This document shows positions 25,677 through 36,677 of a stretch of 64,000 nt of DNA, one piece after another; the first letter of the stretch is position 1; each line of letters starts with the position of its first letter. Source of the DNA: Basidiobolus meristosporus CBS 931.73. Its lineage: Eukaryota > Fungi > Basidiobolomycota. Below the pieces are notes generated by a model. The model was not told where the DNA came from and made no database searches. It saw only the letters and a program-made list of their open reading frames with translations. The stretch is from contig MCFE01000176.1 of assembly GCA_002104905.1 (NCBI GenBank), forward strand, positions 78,724-142,723. The letters are read 5' to 3'. The translations under genes and the position numbers were made by a program.

Positions 25677-28494
25677 TTATACTGGCTTCAACTCGAACAG
25701 TAGCTCGTACGTGTTCAAGTTGGCGATGGAGACGTTCAGGATGGTTCCGACTGGTAGAGGGCCATCACATTCCAATCTACCTTGCACTCCAAAGTCCGTA
25801 AGAGTGGCACCAATATGCTCGTCATCGACGGCGGAGGTGACCACTGCTTGGTAGACTCGATCGGGATGCTCAGTCCTCATTCTCTGTAGGAACTCGAGTG
25901 ACCAGAACCTGTTGGTGCGCTGTTCAAGCATCCGCATATCCTTCTCCATTCTTCGCAGCTTCATGGGCAACCTCTCGAGCGTTTCCTTTTCGAAAGGGAA
26001 CTTGCGATTCAGGAAGTGTGCCTTGAGCTGCCAGTGGCTGATCAGGTCCACGTATCTTCTCAAGGGGGAGGTCACCTTGGTGTACCCGTTGGCGATACCC
26101 ATGGACCAGTGCAGGCCTGGCTCAAGTGAGATGTTGGCTGAGGGCAAGTATTCTCTGATCTTGCTCTGCTCAACAAAAGAGAGCATCCCACTGTTGGGAT
26201 CGACCTTGGCCAGAACCTGGTCGATCAGATCCATCGGTGCTTTGGTGGCATCTGGCGCGTCTTGGGAGCGATACAAGGTGGGGATGCTCCTCTCTTGCAT
26301 ATACAATGCCGCCACCTTCCCGGCCATAATCATAAACTCGGCAACCATCTGATGAGAGGCAGAGTACGAGCTGTTGTCCACGCTCAACTCGATTTGGGGG
26401 AGTTTCGGGAACACCCTTGGCTGGGCCGGTATCTCCGATGCCATGGGCAGTGGGAACGGGTTCACGAACAGGTTGGCTCGAGGGATGTTGGTGGAGAAAG
26501 CGCCTTTCTTGACCCGCTGTCGGAAGTGTCTCAACGAGTGCTCTTGCATCTCTTTTAGGATATCGTGGGCGGCCTCTGGAACGGTGTTTTCACGTGACTT
26601 GTGGACTAGAGGCTTGGAGCCGTTCGGGTGAATATAGTTTTTCTCTTCGCCTTGGCCTTCCCATTCGCCAACAGGTTTGAACACGGGCGCGATGACATGG
26701 TCCACATCCTCGTAGAGCATGGAGCGCACGTTGTGCACTAGTCCGGGTCGGATCATTGGGTCCTGAAGGCTTCCATCCTCAGCGATTCTGAAGCTGAAGG
26801 TGAGCGTGGGGTTCCCATGCTCGCTGGCACCTTTCTCCAGACTGAACACCTCCTTACCGATCACAGTAGGGAGAAGCGGGAACTGGCGCTCAGGCAGATA
26901 CACACTCTGGACTCTGTCCTGGGCAATCTGGGAGAGTCGGTGGTTTGGTGGAATGATGCAAGTGGGATCAGCGACGTGTACATGGAACCATGTTTGGTCC
27001 CCACGTTTCTCCATGGAGATACCGTCATCGATTTCGAAGGCGGTGGGGTCGTCGATTGTATACACGGGCAAGTCCCCGAAATCGTGTCTAATGTGCTCAC
27101 ACAAGTCTCGGGTGTAGAAGGTGTCAGAGCTCATCTCGGGCTCTGCTCTGATGGCAGCGGAGGAGCCTTGCCAGTTCTTCTGCTTCTTCAGGATGGCCTG
27201 CTTCTCTCCTCCATGCAACAGGTCGGTAATGGGTATCTCGGAGATTTGCTCCGCATACAGCTTGCTCTCCATTTCCGTCTGGTCGGCCTCTTTGGAGGTA
27301 CCAATCCCCCACAAGGGCACTGGTGTCTCAAAAAGGTTGGTATTCTCCCAGGGAGACCAAACGCCGATATCCTGGAGGAAACGAACGACGGTGTCCACTT
27401 CGATGTCGCCGTACACCTTCAAGGGCTTTAGGAGAGAAGGAACAACCACAGTGTAAGGGTTTGTGCACAGACGGTTGTATGAAGTGACATAGTTTCTCAA
27501 GAAACGAATGAACAAAAGATCGTCCGGGTTGAAGGTGACATCACGCAGAGCATTCCGGAGGCTCTTGGCATCCTTCGTTGTCGCCTTGATCTCGATCACC
27601 TTCTTGCACTTCTCAACGAAAGCAGCCACAGTTGGGTCCTGCTGGCGCACGCGATTGATGACGTTCTGGATCACCTTGACGTCCGACTCGGGGCGTAGAA
27701 AGATCTCCTCCGAGAAGCGTAGCACGGTCTTGTCGGCTACGAAACGGATCCCGTCTTTGACCAGAAACAGGTACACCGCGTAGATATCCAACGGAGTGGG
27801 CTTCCTCTGGTACAACTCGGTGGCGATTTCGCGGATCATCAAGCTCGATTCCTTCTGCAGGATTCTCTTGTTCTGATAAAGCTTCTGCAACGGCATGAGC
27901 TTCTGCCACTGCACTCTGATGGCCTTTCTCTGGAAGGTTACGATGGCCCGGGTCAGGTCATCGGTTATCTCCTCTATGGGGGTGTCCAGGGGTAGCGAGA
28001 TACCCAACTCCTCGGCGGAGCAGGCGAAAAAGTCCTGTCGGGATATCCGGAAAGTCACGTCGTTGGTGCGAAACATTTTGCGGTACCCGTTAAATAGTAT
28101 GGCCTCGTTAGCGCCCATACCGCTGGATAAACTGGTCACAACTCCTAGAAAACTCTTCTCGAATCTGCATGTGTGATCAAGGCAAGAAAGTCAGTGAAAC
28201 CGAGCCACTCGCGCCAACCAGATAGAAAGCTCACCTTCTCAGCTCGACCAAGTCTCCAACCTCGAGCTTGATATCACCATACTCCTCAGGATGGGACAGC
28301 TCGTCGCTGGTAGCGGTAATGCTACTCTTGTCGAAATCCTCGGCGACGGTGGAGGCCTGTCGCGCGCCAAGCACCGAAGGTCTGGGTAGAGTGGGTACGG
28401 AAATTCTCCCAGAAGGAAGTGCGCTGCGCTTCAAGCTGGCGTTGAGAAAGCTGCGTGAAGCGATCCTTGGGGTTGTCCTCAGTAAACGGAGCAT
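25677..28494 (-). CDS. DSS1: Mitochondrial RNase II/RNB exoribonuclease (degradosome subunit)
   Basis: Mito-presequence MLRLLRTTPRIAS; intron 28234-28165 restores ELRRFEKSFLGVV; RNB motifs YTIDDPTAFEIDDGIS, HVADP, TSPLRRYVDL; about 915 aa. Confidence 0.9.
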
Positions 28495-28888
28495 TCTAAT
28501 GAACAAAAGAGTGCGTTCCCTCGTTCGTATGAGAAAGGCGATTCCGTTCAAATTAAATATTTACAAATCCACAAAATCGAACAAAAATTTCACTGCTGAC
28601 CATATATGGTCATACATGGGCCGGCGCCAAAAGACTAACCAAGTTGATGAGTGTGTCTATCGGCGGGAGGGTTAGGGTAAAACTGCCGGTGTCCAGCAAA
28701 AGGAGAATGTGAACAATCGGTATAACTGGAGTGCAAGTTGATAATTGGAGGAACCGTAGTGAAGTTGGTAAGTTAATAAATGGTATATTTATTAAAAAGG
28801 AAAAAGCGAGCTAGTGTCCATATACAAGAGAATAAGCTAATGAGGGATGCATTACGATGAGCTAAAGATACAGATGAAATAGTGGGGA

Positions 28889-31800
28889 TTAATAGACTTC
28901 TAGGATGTACTTCTCCAACTCCTTGAGTTCGCTAATCTTGTTGTTGGCCTGAGCCTCGGTGATCCCTGCGTTCTCTACGAAGCTGGACACCATGGCGTCC
29001 TTGACATCCCCAGCGGGCCATGTGGGTCCGCAGAGGTAGAAGTGGCCGTCCTCCTCGAGCATGTACTTGTGCAGAAGCTGGGAATCCTCCTGCATCTTGT
29101 GTTGGATGTAGATCTTCTGCTTCTGGTCACGGGAGAAGGCAAGTTGGAGGTGGGTGAGTAGGCCTTCGGCGTGGTACGCCTCCAGCTCTTCCCCGTAGAG
29201 GTACTCGGAGCCACGGAAGCGGGATCCGAAGTAAAGAGCCATGGGGCCGACCTTTCTACCTTGGGCCTTGTAGTAGGCTCTCTCTTGGATGAAGGCACGG
29301 AAGGGAGCCATACCAGTACCAAGACCAGCCATGATCACTGGTTGCTCGTCTCTGGGGGGAAGCTTCATGACAGAGGGCTTGATCGACACGGTGAGCTTGT
29401 CGCCGACCTTGCTTTGCGAAAGGAAGCGTGTGCATTGACCGACTCTGGCAGCTCCCGAGGTGGTCGTCCAGTCGACCAGTACAACCAACAGGTGGACGCT
29501 GTTGGGATGAGCCTTCATGGATGAGGCGATGGAGTAGTGACGAGGCTTGATGGGTGGGACCATCTGCACCAGATCGTCGATCTCAGGATGGGCGGAGGTG
29601 AATTCCCTCAAGATATCTGCGTAGGTGACGGTGTCGCTCACTCTTTGTTTGAACTCGGCGGATCCCTCGGAAGAGATCAAGAACTCCAACCTCTCCTTCT
29701 CCTTGGGATCCTTGGCAAAGGTGGCCAGGGTCTCGTAGAAGCGCTTCGAGGGGCGCCCGAAGATGTCGAGATGCTGGGTGAACAGCTGGAGCATGGTGCG
29801 GCTCTCGCTTTGCTCGGAGTCGATCTCCTTCTTCACCGATACGATGTCGTCGGGGTTTAGTCCGTAGAATTGCAAGAACTCCAAGGTCTCGGCGGTATCG
29901 TTGTGTCCGTGGACACCGAGAGCATCGCCGATCTCGTATTTGAGGCCGGTGCCAGTGGTGTCCATCTCGAGGTGGAACACGTTACGGTCATAGCTGAGGG
30001 GAGTCAATCTCCTGTTCTCGGTGATCGTAATGATGAAGGTCTTCTCCTCATGGTTGTCCTTACGGGTTTCGTACGCCTCCTGGAACATCAATTGCCATGC
30101 GGAGGTGTGCCAGTTCTTAACCTCGGTGAAGCCGGATTCTGACTCGACGGAGGCTTCGGTAGCCAGGCCGACGTTGACCTTGTTGGGCAGATCAGCCTCT
30201 TCTTCTACCTCCACCTCAGCCCAAGTGGCTGGTAATTCTACGGAAGTCAGCTCTTGCTCAACCTTATCAACAATATCCCTGAAGAGACCCTCTACTCCTT
30301 GCTTGTTGAGGTACTGCTGAGACAAAGCCTCGGCGATCTGGGCGTGTCCCTGGAGTTGGAGGTAGGCGGCTTGGAGAACAACCACTGTCAAATCCTTGTC
30401 CAGTCCCAACTCGCTGAGAACCTTCGAAGCATCGAGGACGTATAATTCCGGTCGGACCTTGAGCGCTTCTTTTTTAAAGGAGCCAGGAAGCTTGTTCTCC
30501 AGCTCCTCGCCTCTCAACGGGGTATTGATCACCACCTGGGTGGCACTCTTGGCGGCAGACAAGAAGTTGTATTTGTCAAGAATGGAGTCATCGTGGATAC
30601 CGATGTAATCCGCCTGTTGAATGGGGTAAGAGAGGAATTGAGCGGCCTCTGCGGAGTGACGGAGTTCAGTGAAGGCGACTCCTCCGTTTGAGTAAGAATC
30701 GTAGGTAGTGTGGACTTGAGAGTGCTCGAATACTCTGTTTAACGAGGAAGCAGCCTTGAGCGTACCGCTTGACAAAGTATCCCAGAAGATGGCTTGTTTG
30801 ACACCGCCTTGGATGCTCAACTCGGAAGCATCGCTAAAAGCAGCATCGTTGAAATCGATGGCGTTCACCAGACTTGCTTGCTCGTAAATGGTTTGGACAG
30901 TGGCTGGGGTGAAGTTGGTTACACCACCGAACTTGCCACTGATCAATCTGGGCTTTTGGTCACGAAGCTCCTTGCTCTGTTGAAGGGTGGCTGAGAAATC
31001 TTGAAGCAAGGGAGTGGTGGCATTCGCGGTTTGCTCCAGAACAATGACGTTCTTTGCGCTCTTTGGCAACAAGGCTAGGATTTGCTCGACACACCAGGGG
31101 CGATAGAGGCGCACGGAGAGGAAACCGTACTTCTTCGACTCTTGGTTCAGGGTCTCGACTGTCTTTTCGATGATGGAGCTGGCGGATCCGACATGGACGA
31201 TAACGTCGGTGGCATCCTCAGCACCGAAATACTCGACTGGTTGGTATTTGCGGCCAAAGAGTGTACCGAATTTGCTCATCACCTCAGCGATTGCCTCAGC
31301 AACTGAGTTGAAGGAGGCATCATTGTTGACAAGCCCTTCGTAGAAAGACACCAATTCAGCAGGCTGGGCAATGTCAATCTTGGTTTGCTCGCGTGCAATG
31401 CGAACACCATCAAAGAAGTGCAGCACTGGGGTTTGAGTGATAGCAGATGCAACATGAGCGATCACTGCGAAGTCGTAGGCCTCTTGAGCGCTACTGGAAG
31501 ACAACAAGGCGAATCCGGTTTGACGAGCAGTCATAACGTCGAAATTGTCTCCATAGGCGTATAGATTCTCATCGAAGCCTTGGGTGGAGACGTGGAAGAC
31601 CACTGGGACCTTGGAATCGGCCAAGGTATACATGTTAGGGATCATGTGGAGAATGGCGCGAGAGCCGGTCAGGATAGATACGTTAGCGCCGTTCGAGGAT
31701 GCCCCAAGGACGGCAGTACCGGCTCCAGACCTGGTGTCCATACGCAACGTCTTGACAGTCTTGCCAAACGCATTGTGTCTACCCTCCCTGCTCCATGCCT

Positions 31801-32374
31801 CGGCTTGCTCACCCAGATGTCCGGAAGGAACAACGGGGTATACGAAAGCGATATCACTCAAGGCGTAAGCAACGTAAGAGACAGCCGCATTGGCGTCAAG
31901 GACACCCGAGGCAAGTGGGAAATCGTGTGCGGTAGGTGCCAAAGAAAACAAGGATTCCTCCTCGACCAGCTCCTCTTGGGCCTCACGCTCGATGATTTCC
32001 TCGACCTCCTCATCTTTGATCAAAAGCTCGAAATCAGAGTACTGAGGGAATTTGGCGATGTGCACCGGGATACGCTTGTCGCGGCAGCGATTGAAGATCT
32101 TCAGGGCAGCGATCTTCTCGCTGGCAGAGGCCAGGACCAAAGCAGCCTTATCTAAATCCTCCTGCTGGAATTGGCGCTGGATGTGTTGAACCCTGCCCTC
32201 CAACGAGCTGTCCAGGCCATTGGATGAAATCAGGGTGACATTGGCGCCGGATTCTAAAGCAAGATTGGCTTTTTTCACTGCACCACTATCTGAACCTAAC
32301 ACCAAGACCTCTTTATCGGTTAAGTGCCATCCAACTGGGAAAGAAGCAGGGTGATTGGGGGCAATGACAGTCAT
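28889..32374 (-). CDS. MET10: Sulfite reductase (NADPH) flavoprotein alpha subunit with an extra N-terminal CysG/Met8-like Rossmann domain
   Basis: Intronless ORF, ATG at 32374. PFOR-like middle; FAD/NADPH module with RHYSIASS, MAGLGTGMAPFRAF, AFSRDQ..KIYIQH, YLCGP. Confidence 0.92.
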   Translation of the reverse strand: MTVIAPNHPASFPVGWHLTDKEVLVLGSDSGAVKKANLALESGANVTLISSNGLDSSLEGRVQHIQRQFQQEDLDKAALVLASASEKIAALKIFNRCRDKRIPVHIAKFPQYSDFELLIKDEEVEEIIEREAQEELVEEESLFSLAPTAHDFPLASGVLDANAAVSYVAYALSDIAFVYPVVPSGHLGEQAEAWSREGRHNAFGKTVKTLRMDTRSGAGTAVLGASSNGANVSILTGSRAILHMIPNMYTLADSKVPVVFHVSTQGFDENLYAYGDNFDVMTARQTGFALLSSSSAQEAYDFAVIAHVASAITQTPVLHFFDGVRIAREQTKIDIAQPAELVSFYEGLVNNDASFNSVAEAIAEVMSKFGTLFGRKYQPVEYFGAEDATDVIVHVGSASSIIEKTVETLNQESKKYGFLSVRLYRPWCVEQILALLPKSAKNVIVLEQTANATTPLLQDFSATLQQSKELRDQKPRLISGKFGGVTNFTPATVQTIYEQASLVNAIDFNDAAFSDASELSIQGGVKQAIFWDTLSSGTLKAASSLNRVFEHSQVHTTYDSYSNGGVAFTELRHSAEAAQFLSYPIQQADYIGIHDDSILDKYNFLSAAKSATQVVINTPLRGEELENKLPGSFKKEALKVRPELYVLDASKVLSELGLDKDLTVVVLQAAYLQLQGHAQIAEALSQQYLNKQGVEGLFRDIVDKVEQELTSVELPATWAEVEVEEEADLPNKVNVGLATEASVESESGFTEVKNWHTSAWQLMFQEAYETRKDNHEEKTFIITITENRRLTPLSYDRNVFHLEMDTTGTGLKYEIGDALGVHGHNDTAETLEFLQFYGLNPDDIVSVKKEIDSEQSESRTMLQLFTQHLDIFGRPSKRFYETLATFAKDPKEKERLEFLISSEGSAEFKQRVSDTVTYADILREFTSAHPEIDDLVQMVPPIKPRHYSIASSMKAHPNSVHLLVVLVDWTTTSGAARVGQCTRFLSQSKVGDKLTVSIKPSVMKLPPRDEQPVIMAGLGTGMAPFRAFIQERAYYKAQGRKVGPMALYFGSRFRGSEYLYGEELEAYHAEGLLTHLQLAFSRDQKQKIYIQHKMQEDSQLLHKYMLEEDGHFYLCGPTWPAGDVKDAMVSSFVENAGITEAQANNKISELKELEKYILEVY

Positions 32375-32523
32375 TTTAGTATACAATTAGGATGGTAGAC
32401 GAGTGGCTGTACACTTTGCAAGGGAATGGAGGTCAAGAGAAATGAATGTCAGTGCTGAAGAACCACTCCCTCCTCAGGATTATATATTCCATGGCCAGTA
32501 CCACTTCGATCAGTAGTGCTCCA

Positions 32524-32530
32524 TGACTCA
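32524..32530. promoter_or_regulatory. TGACTCA (Gcn4/CpcA/AP-1 type) site upstream of MET10
   Basis: Exact TGACTCA 150 bp upstream of the ATG, near a TATA-like element (~32480); single 7-mer. Confidence 0.35.
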
Positions 32531-33095
32531 AGCTCAGTGATGGTGTGATATTGTATAAGCACCGCTCGAAATAACGCAATCTGACCCACTTCCTAGATTG
32601 GTAGTCCCGCTTAAACTATTAGCACCATTTGCCAATTGAAGGCGCCACTTGGGACTGCTTATTTATTGACAGTTAATTCAATATGTGTGGGGTGAAGTCA
32701 ACCATCGCCGAAGACAATAAATGCATTGGAAATCACGCACTGAATCTGCGCATTTGCTCTCTCCCATTATACAACCATATTCCTAACCATATCCCTAACC
32801 CTAATGAAAAAGCTCGAAATCGCTCCTTTGAATCACGCCATGGCTGCCCAATCAGGGGCCCCGTAGTAATTTAGATCGATCCGCTCCAACCACTTTCTAT
32901 CTCTTGCAATCAAGATGCCAATCTAATCATTGTTCACTTGGATTTCCCTTAAACCCCCCAATCATCCGATCGCTTAGAGCAAATTCCTGGTTAGCAGTAG
33001 GTTTAACCATCCATTTGTGGCTTAAAGTTCACCTTCACATATAGCCAAAATGTGATTCGGGCGGCAGGCCTTGTTTTTTTCTCGCTGCTTTAGTG

Positions 33096-33898
33096 ATGGC
33101 ACGTCGCTCACAACAACAACGCCACGCCCGGGCGGCGAAATCCCCGACTGAACCCGTCGAGGAGACCAAGGTGGAGGTTGTCGAGGAAAGCAGATGGAGA
33201 GCGCTGGGAAGATCGTTCATGCTTCTAGTCATGGGGGGCTTCTTTTGCTTCTACGGACACCTCGCCTTTTCCACGGTTTGCTTCTTTTCCGGGTTTACAG
33301 TTCTCGGTAACAACAAGAAACACTCCGTCATCCTGACCAACTAGCCCTCTAACCCTCCTTTTCCTTGCTATGTTTAGGCGCCGTGACTCGGATCGCATGC
33401 TTTCAAGTGCTGGGAGCACCGAAAACCTCCACGCAGTCAACCAACTACAATTCTCTTGCCCTCATCGTGGGCTTGTTTGGTGGGCAATTCCTCCATCTTT
33501 CCGAACGCCTAAGCTTCGGATGTATAGGGGCATTGGGAGGGTTCTTCTTCGGGCTCTATCTGTTGTGTGCAGCCAGATACACTAACCTGGTTCCAGCCAG
33601 CTCTCGTCTGGCCCTGATTTTCAGCTTTGTGATGACGGGGATCCTGACCACCTCTCAGATGGAGACAACCTACGTCGCCTTCTCCACCGCCTTCACTGGG
33701 GCCTTTGTTCTGGTCTACGGGATGGACGGGTTTCTCCGAACCGGGATTGAGCAGTACCTGACGAAACACATCGTAGGATTTTCCACCGAAACCGAGAACG
33801 AACTCCAGAGCAGCAACAAGCTCGCGTATTACAGCCTGTTGTCCCTGGTGATCCCATTCTTCTGGCTCGGTTGTCTGTCGCAATTAGAGAAATCTTGA
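33096..33898 (+). CDS. DUF4203/TMEM198-like multi-pass membrane protein
   Basis: Intron 33307-33377 joins the two ORFs in frame; hydrophobic helices; STAFTGAF..VYGMDGF..G motif. Confidence 0.75.
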
Positions 33899-34139
33899 TC
33901 CCATCCGTTTTGTAGCCTATGTAATCTATTCAAGCGCCTCCATTTGACACCACACACGTATCCCGATCTTCTTTGTCCTCTTTATTTACACTGATACATT
34001 GGCGAGGCTGCTCCTCAATCTCGTCTCAAACCAAAAGATAAAAATCCCTTACTGTGACATATATCTGTACCAAGTCGCACGATTCCCCGGGAAATCAGGG
34101 TCTCTAGCAAGGTCAAATAAGGGTCGCATATTTGCCACC

Positions 34140-34968
34140 TCAACTGAAATGGCCCCGTTGGCGTTTCCCATTCCTCTGCGAGGAGTGCATCATATTCACC
34201 ACACCGCTAGCTAGCTGTGTCTTGGACGGGACCTCGTACTCTGGGCACAGTAGTTCACAAAACCGCTGGAAGTAAGGGTTTTCCAGAAACGACCAGGGCA
34301 CGTCTTCGCTCACCAACGCTTTGATCAGCGACTCGTCTATCTCGCGTGTCATGGAGGTTCGAGGAGTGAAAAAGCTGCCGCTGTTGCTTGAGGGGGCTGA
34401 TTGTATATGTGGGGTCAAGTTGTTTCTAGATGCACTCATCCCCCTGAGTGACGAGTCGGTCTGTGGCTGCGGTTGTGGTTGTGGTTGCGGCACGTTCGGT
34501 GCGGAAAGGTTATCCTCGCTGTCGGAATCGGCCGCTTCCTCGGCTGAGAGTTGGAAATGTGTTGGCTGAACCAAAGAGGGGGATTCTAGTAGCGAATTGT
34601 CTGCCGACTGAAACGATTGTCCACCAGCGATGGAGTTTGGAAAAGCCATCGAGGGGGAAACCCCGAAGGCGGAATTTCCGGGCTGTGGGCCTCGCGCATT
34701 ACTCGTGCGAGACACCTCTTCGCGTACATCGATAGGCACTTGGCCAGAGCATATCTATCGTAGATCAAAGATTAATTCACGTTATATAACTCGCGTTGAG
34801 TGATTTTCCTTCGCCACGGAACTCAGGAATCCCTACCGCTAGATGCCTCTCCATACGCTGAGGATTGGGGGCGAATACCCGTTGACAGTAGGAGCATTTC
34901 GCCCTGGGCTTCTGCCCTTCCGTTACCTCCTCGTAATATTTCCAGATCTGATATTTTGGGCGTGGCAT
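34140..34968 (-). CDS. BED zinc-finger protein with hAT-transposase N-terminal segment (no catalytic domain)
   Basis: Exon 1 IWKYY..AKCSYC...RHLA; intron 34836-34755; exon 2 IC.. then LVSEDVPWSFLENPYFQRFCELLCPEYEVPS; about 248 aa. Confidence 0.75.
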
Positions 34969-35304
34969 TGTTTCTAACTCGTTCGGAGGGGTAAAAGATG
35001 CGATTGTCCAAACCAAACCATAAAATAGCCATCTGGTGATGGGCACTGATTGGTTCGGGTGTAAGTTACACGTAACATTATCACCCCTGACGTAACTTAC
35101 ACCATGGGTGGTGGTTGCTCACGACGGGCGAAATGCGGTTGGGATGAGAAGGGTTGAGGCTAGCGATCAAAAGCATAGGTCAACAACCATGAGGGCCTTT
35201 ATTACGCACGCAAGAGATGATGTGGAAAAGAATGTATGTGACAAATGACATTGAGTTGATTTGGTTTGGTTTGGGTAGTTCTATGCTGTATAAATTTCCC
35301 CGAG

Positions 35305-36277
35305 TTAAGCACGCACAGGGGATCGAATCACTCGACCATGAACCTTGTCCCAATCCACGGATTGCCAGAATGCTTGAATGTATTGCTCCTTCCCGTCAAC
35401 CCCGAAGTCAACGACGTACGCATGCTCCCACATGTTGAGTGCGAGGATGGGGGCGTAGGCGCCAGTGGGCTTTTGGGTTGATACCTTGTCACTCGAGGGG
35501 TCGGTGGTTTCTTCGACACTGCTGGTGTTGGCGTCGAATTGCTGAAGACGTCCAGTGGTGATTGGATTGCCAGAGTTGAGAGTGTTTACAATACGCAGAA
35601 CGCCACGTTCATCCTCAACCAACCTAGACACGCTGGGGTTAATCATGAGGCTATTAGGGGATCGTACGTAGGGAACTCAATACCAAGTCCAGCCGCTGCC
35701 GAAGATAGAGGAGGCAGCTTTGGTGAACTGCTCCTGGAAGTTCTCAAAACTGCTGAAATGACGAGCAATCTTTGCCTTAAGATCCGCTTTGATGGGCCTG
35801 GGCTCGGCAGTCTAGAAAATACTGTTAGCAAAAGGCTTGGGCTTGCTTAGTGGCGTATGTCTGCATTTACCAGAGTTTGAAGGAAGAAATCGGTGTTCCA
35901 AGCTTGAGAGGCATAGTTGTAAATGGCGGCCTTGGAGGGCTGCTTGTAGGTCATAAGCATGGTTTCGAATACGTTCTGGTCCTCGTGCTCGGTACCTAAG
36001 GGAAAGTTTGTGAGCAATGTTGTCGACACACTACGGGTGCATTCTCCTCTGGCTTTCCCGCGTACATACCAGCAACAAGAGTGTTAAGACGGTCAATAAG
36101 CTTTTGTTGGTTCTTGGCGTACACAACACCCAAAGCTCTGGAGGAGAACAATGGCTTGAGACCTTGCTCGGCAGAGTAAGGAAGAGGAGTCAGCTCATGA
36201 AGAAGACTCTTCTGTTGACGTTGGAGTGGTCTAGCAACCTTGCCGCAGAGTTGGCCCAAAGAACGTGCACGAAACAT
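35305..36277 (-). CDS. Fe/Mn-SOD-fold protein lacking metal ligands, probable mitoribosomal small-subunit protein (Rsm26/Mrp1-like)
   Basis: Mito-presequence; LPY..GLKP, FGSGWTW, WEHAY motifs; ligand His/His/Asp positions substituted; multi-exon. Confidence 0.75.
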
Positions 36278-36677
36278 TTTCCACCAAGCCGAACGATACA
36301 AGAAAACAACTAAGTATCTGCCGAAGATAGATTCACTCCAGTATTTCTGCGAGCACCCACCAAATGGCAAAAATTTTAGTGACCTCCATGGCTCCTCGGT
36401 GCTGAAAAAACACCGAGGTTTGGGGAAATCATCGGATTTGATGGCCCTTCTCGTTGATGGGCAAATTGAGGAAATGTTTGCACAATATATGTCGAAAAAA
36501 AATCAGCGGTTTATCTCGCGGGGTCACGTGGGGGAGCAATTTTTGTTCACGAAATAGTTGCGTACACTACGTCGATACATCTAATTGGGGTCTTTTTTTC
36601 AAGGTTTTTTGTTGAGTTGTTTCTCTTCGAAGTTACGTCTAGTCAGAGCTTCGATCTTCAGAGGAATTGCATTCAAG

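Noticed and set aside
25912-32155. Long antisense or alternate-frame ORFs over DSS1 and MET10 (e.g. 26817-27431, 31580-32155), likewise 39851-40330 over RPL11
   Set aside because: Shadow ORFs expected from GC-rich codon bias on the coding strand; no recognisable motifs.
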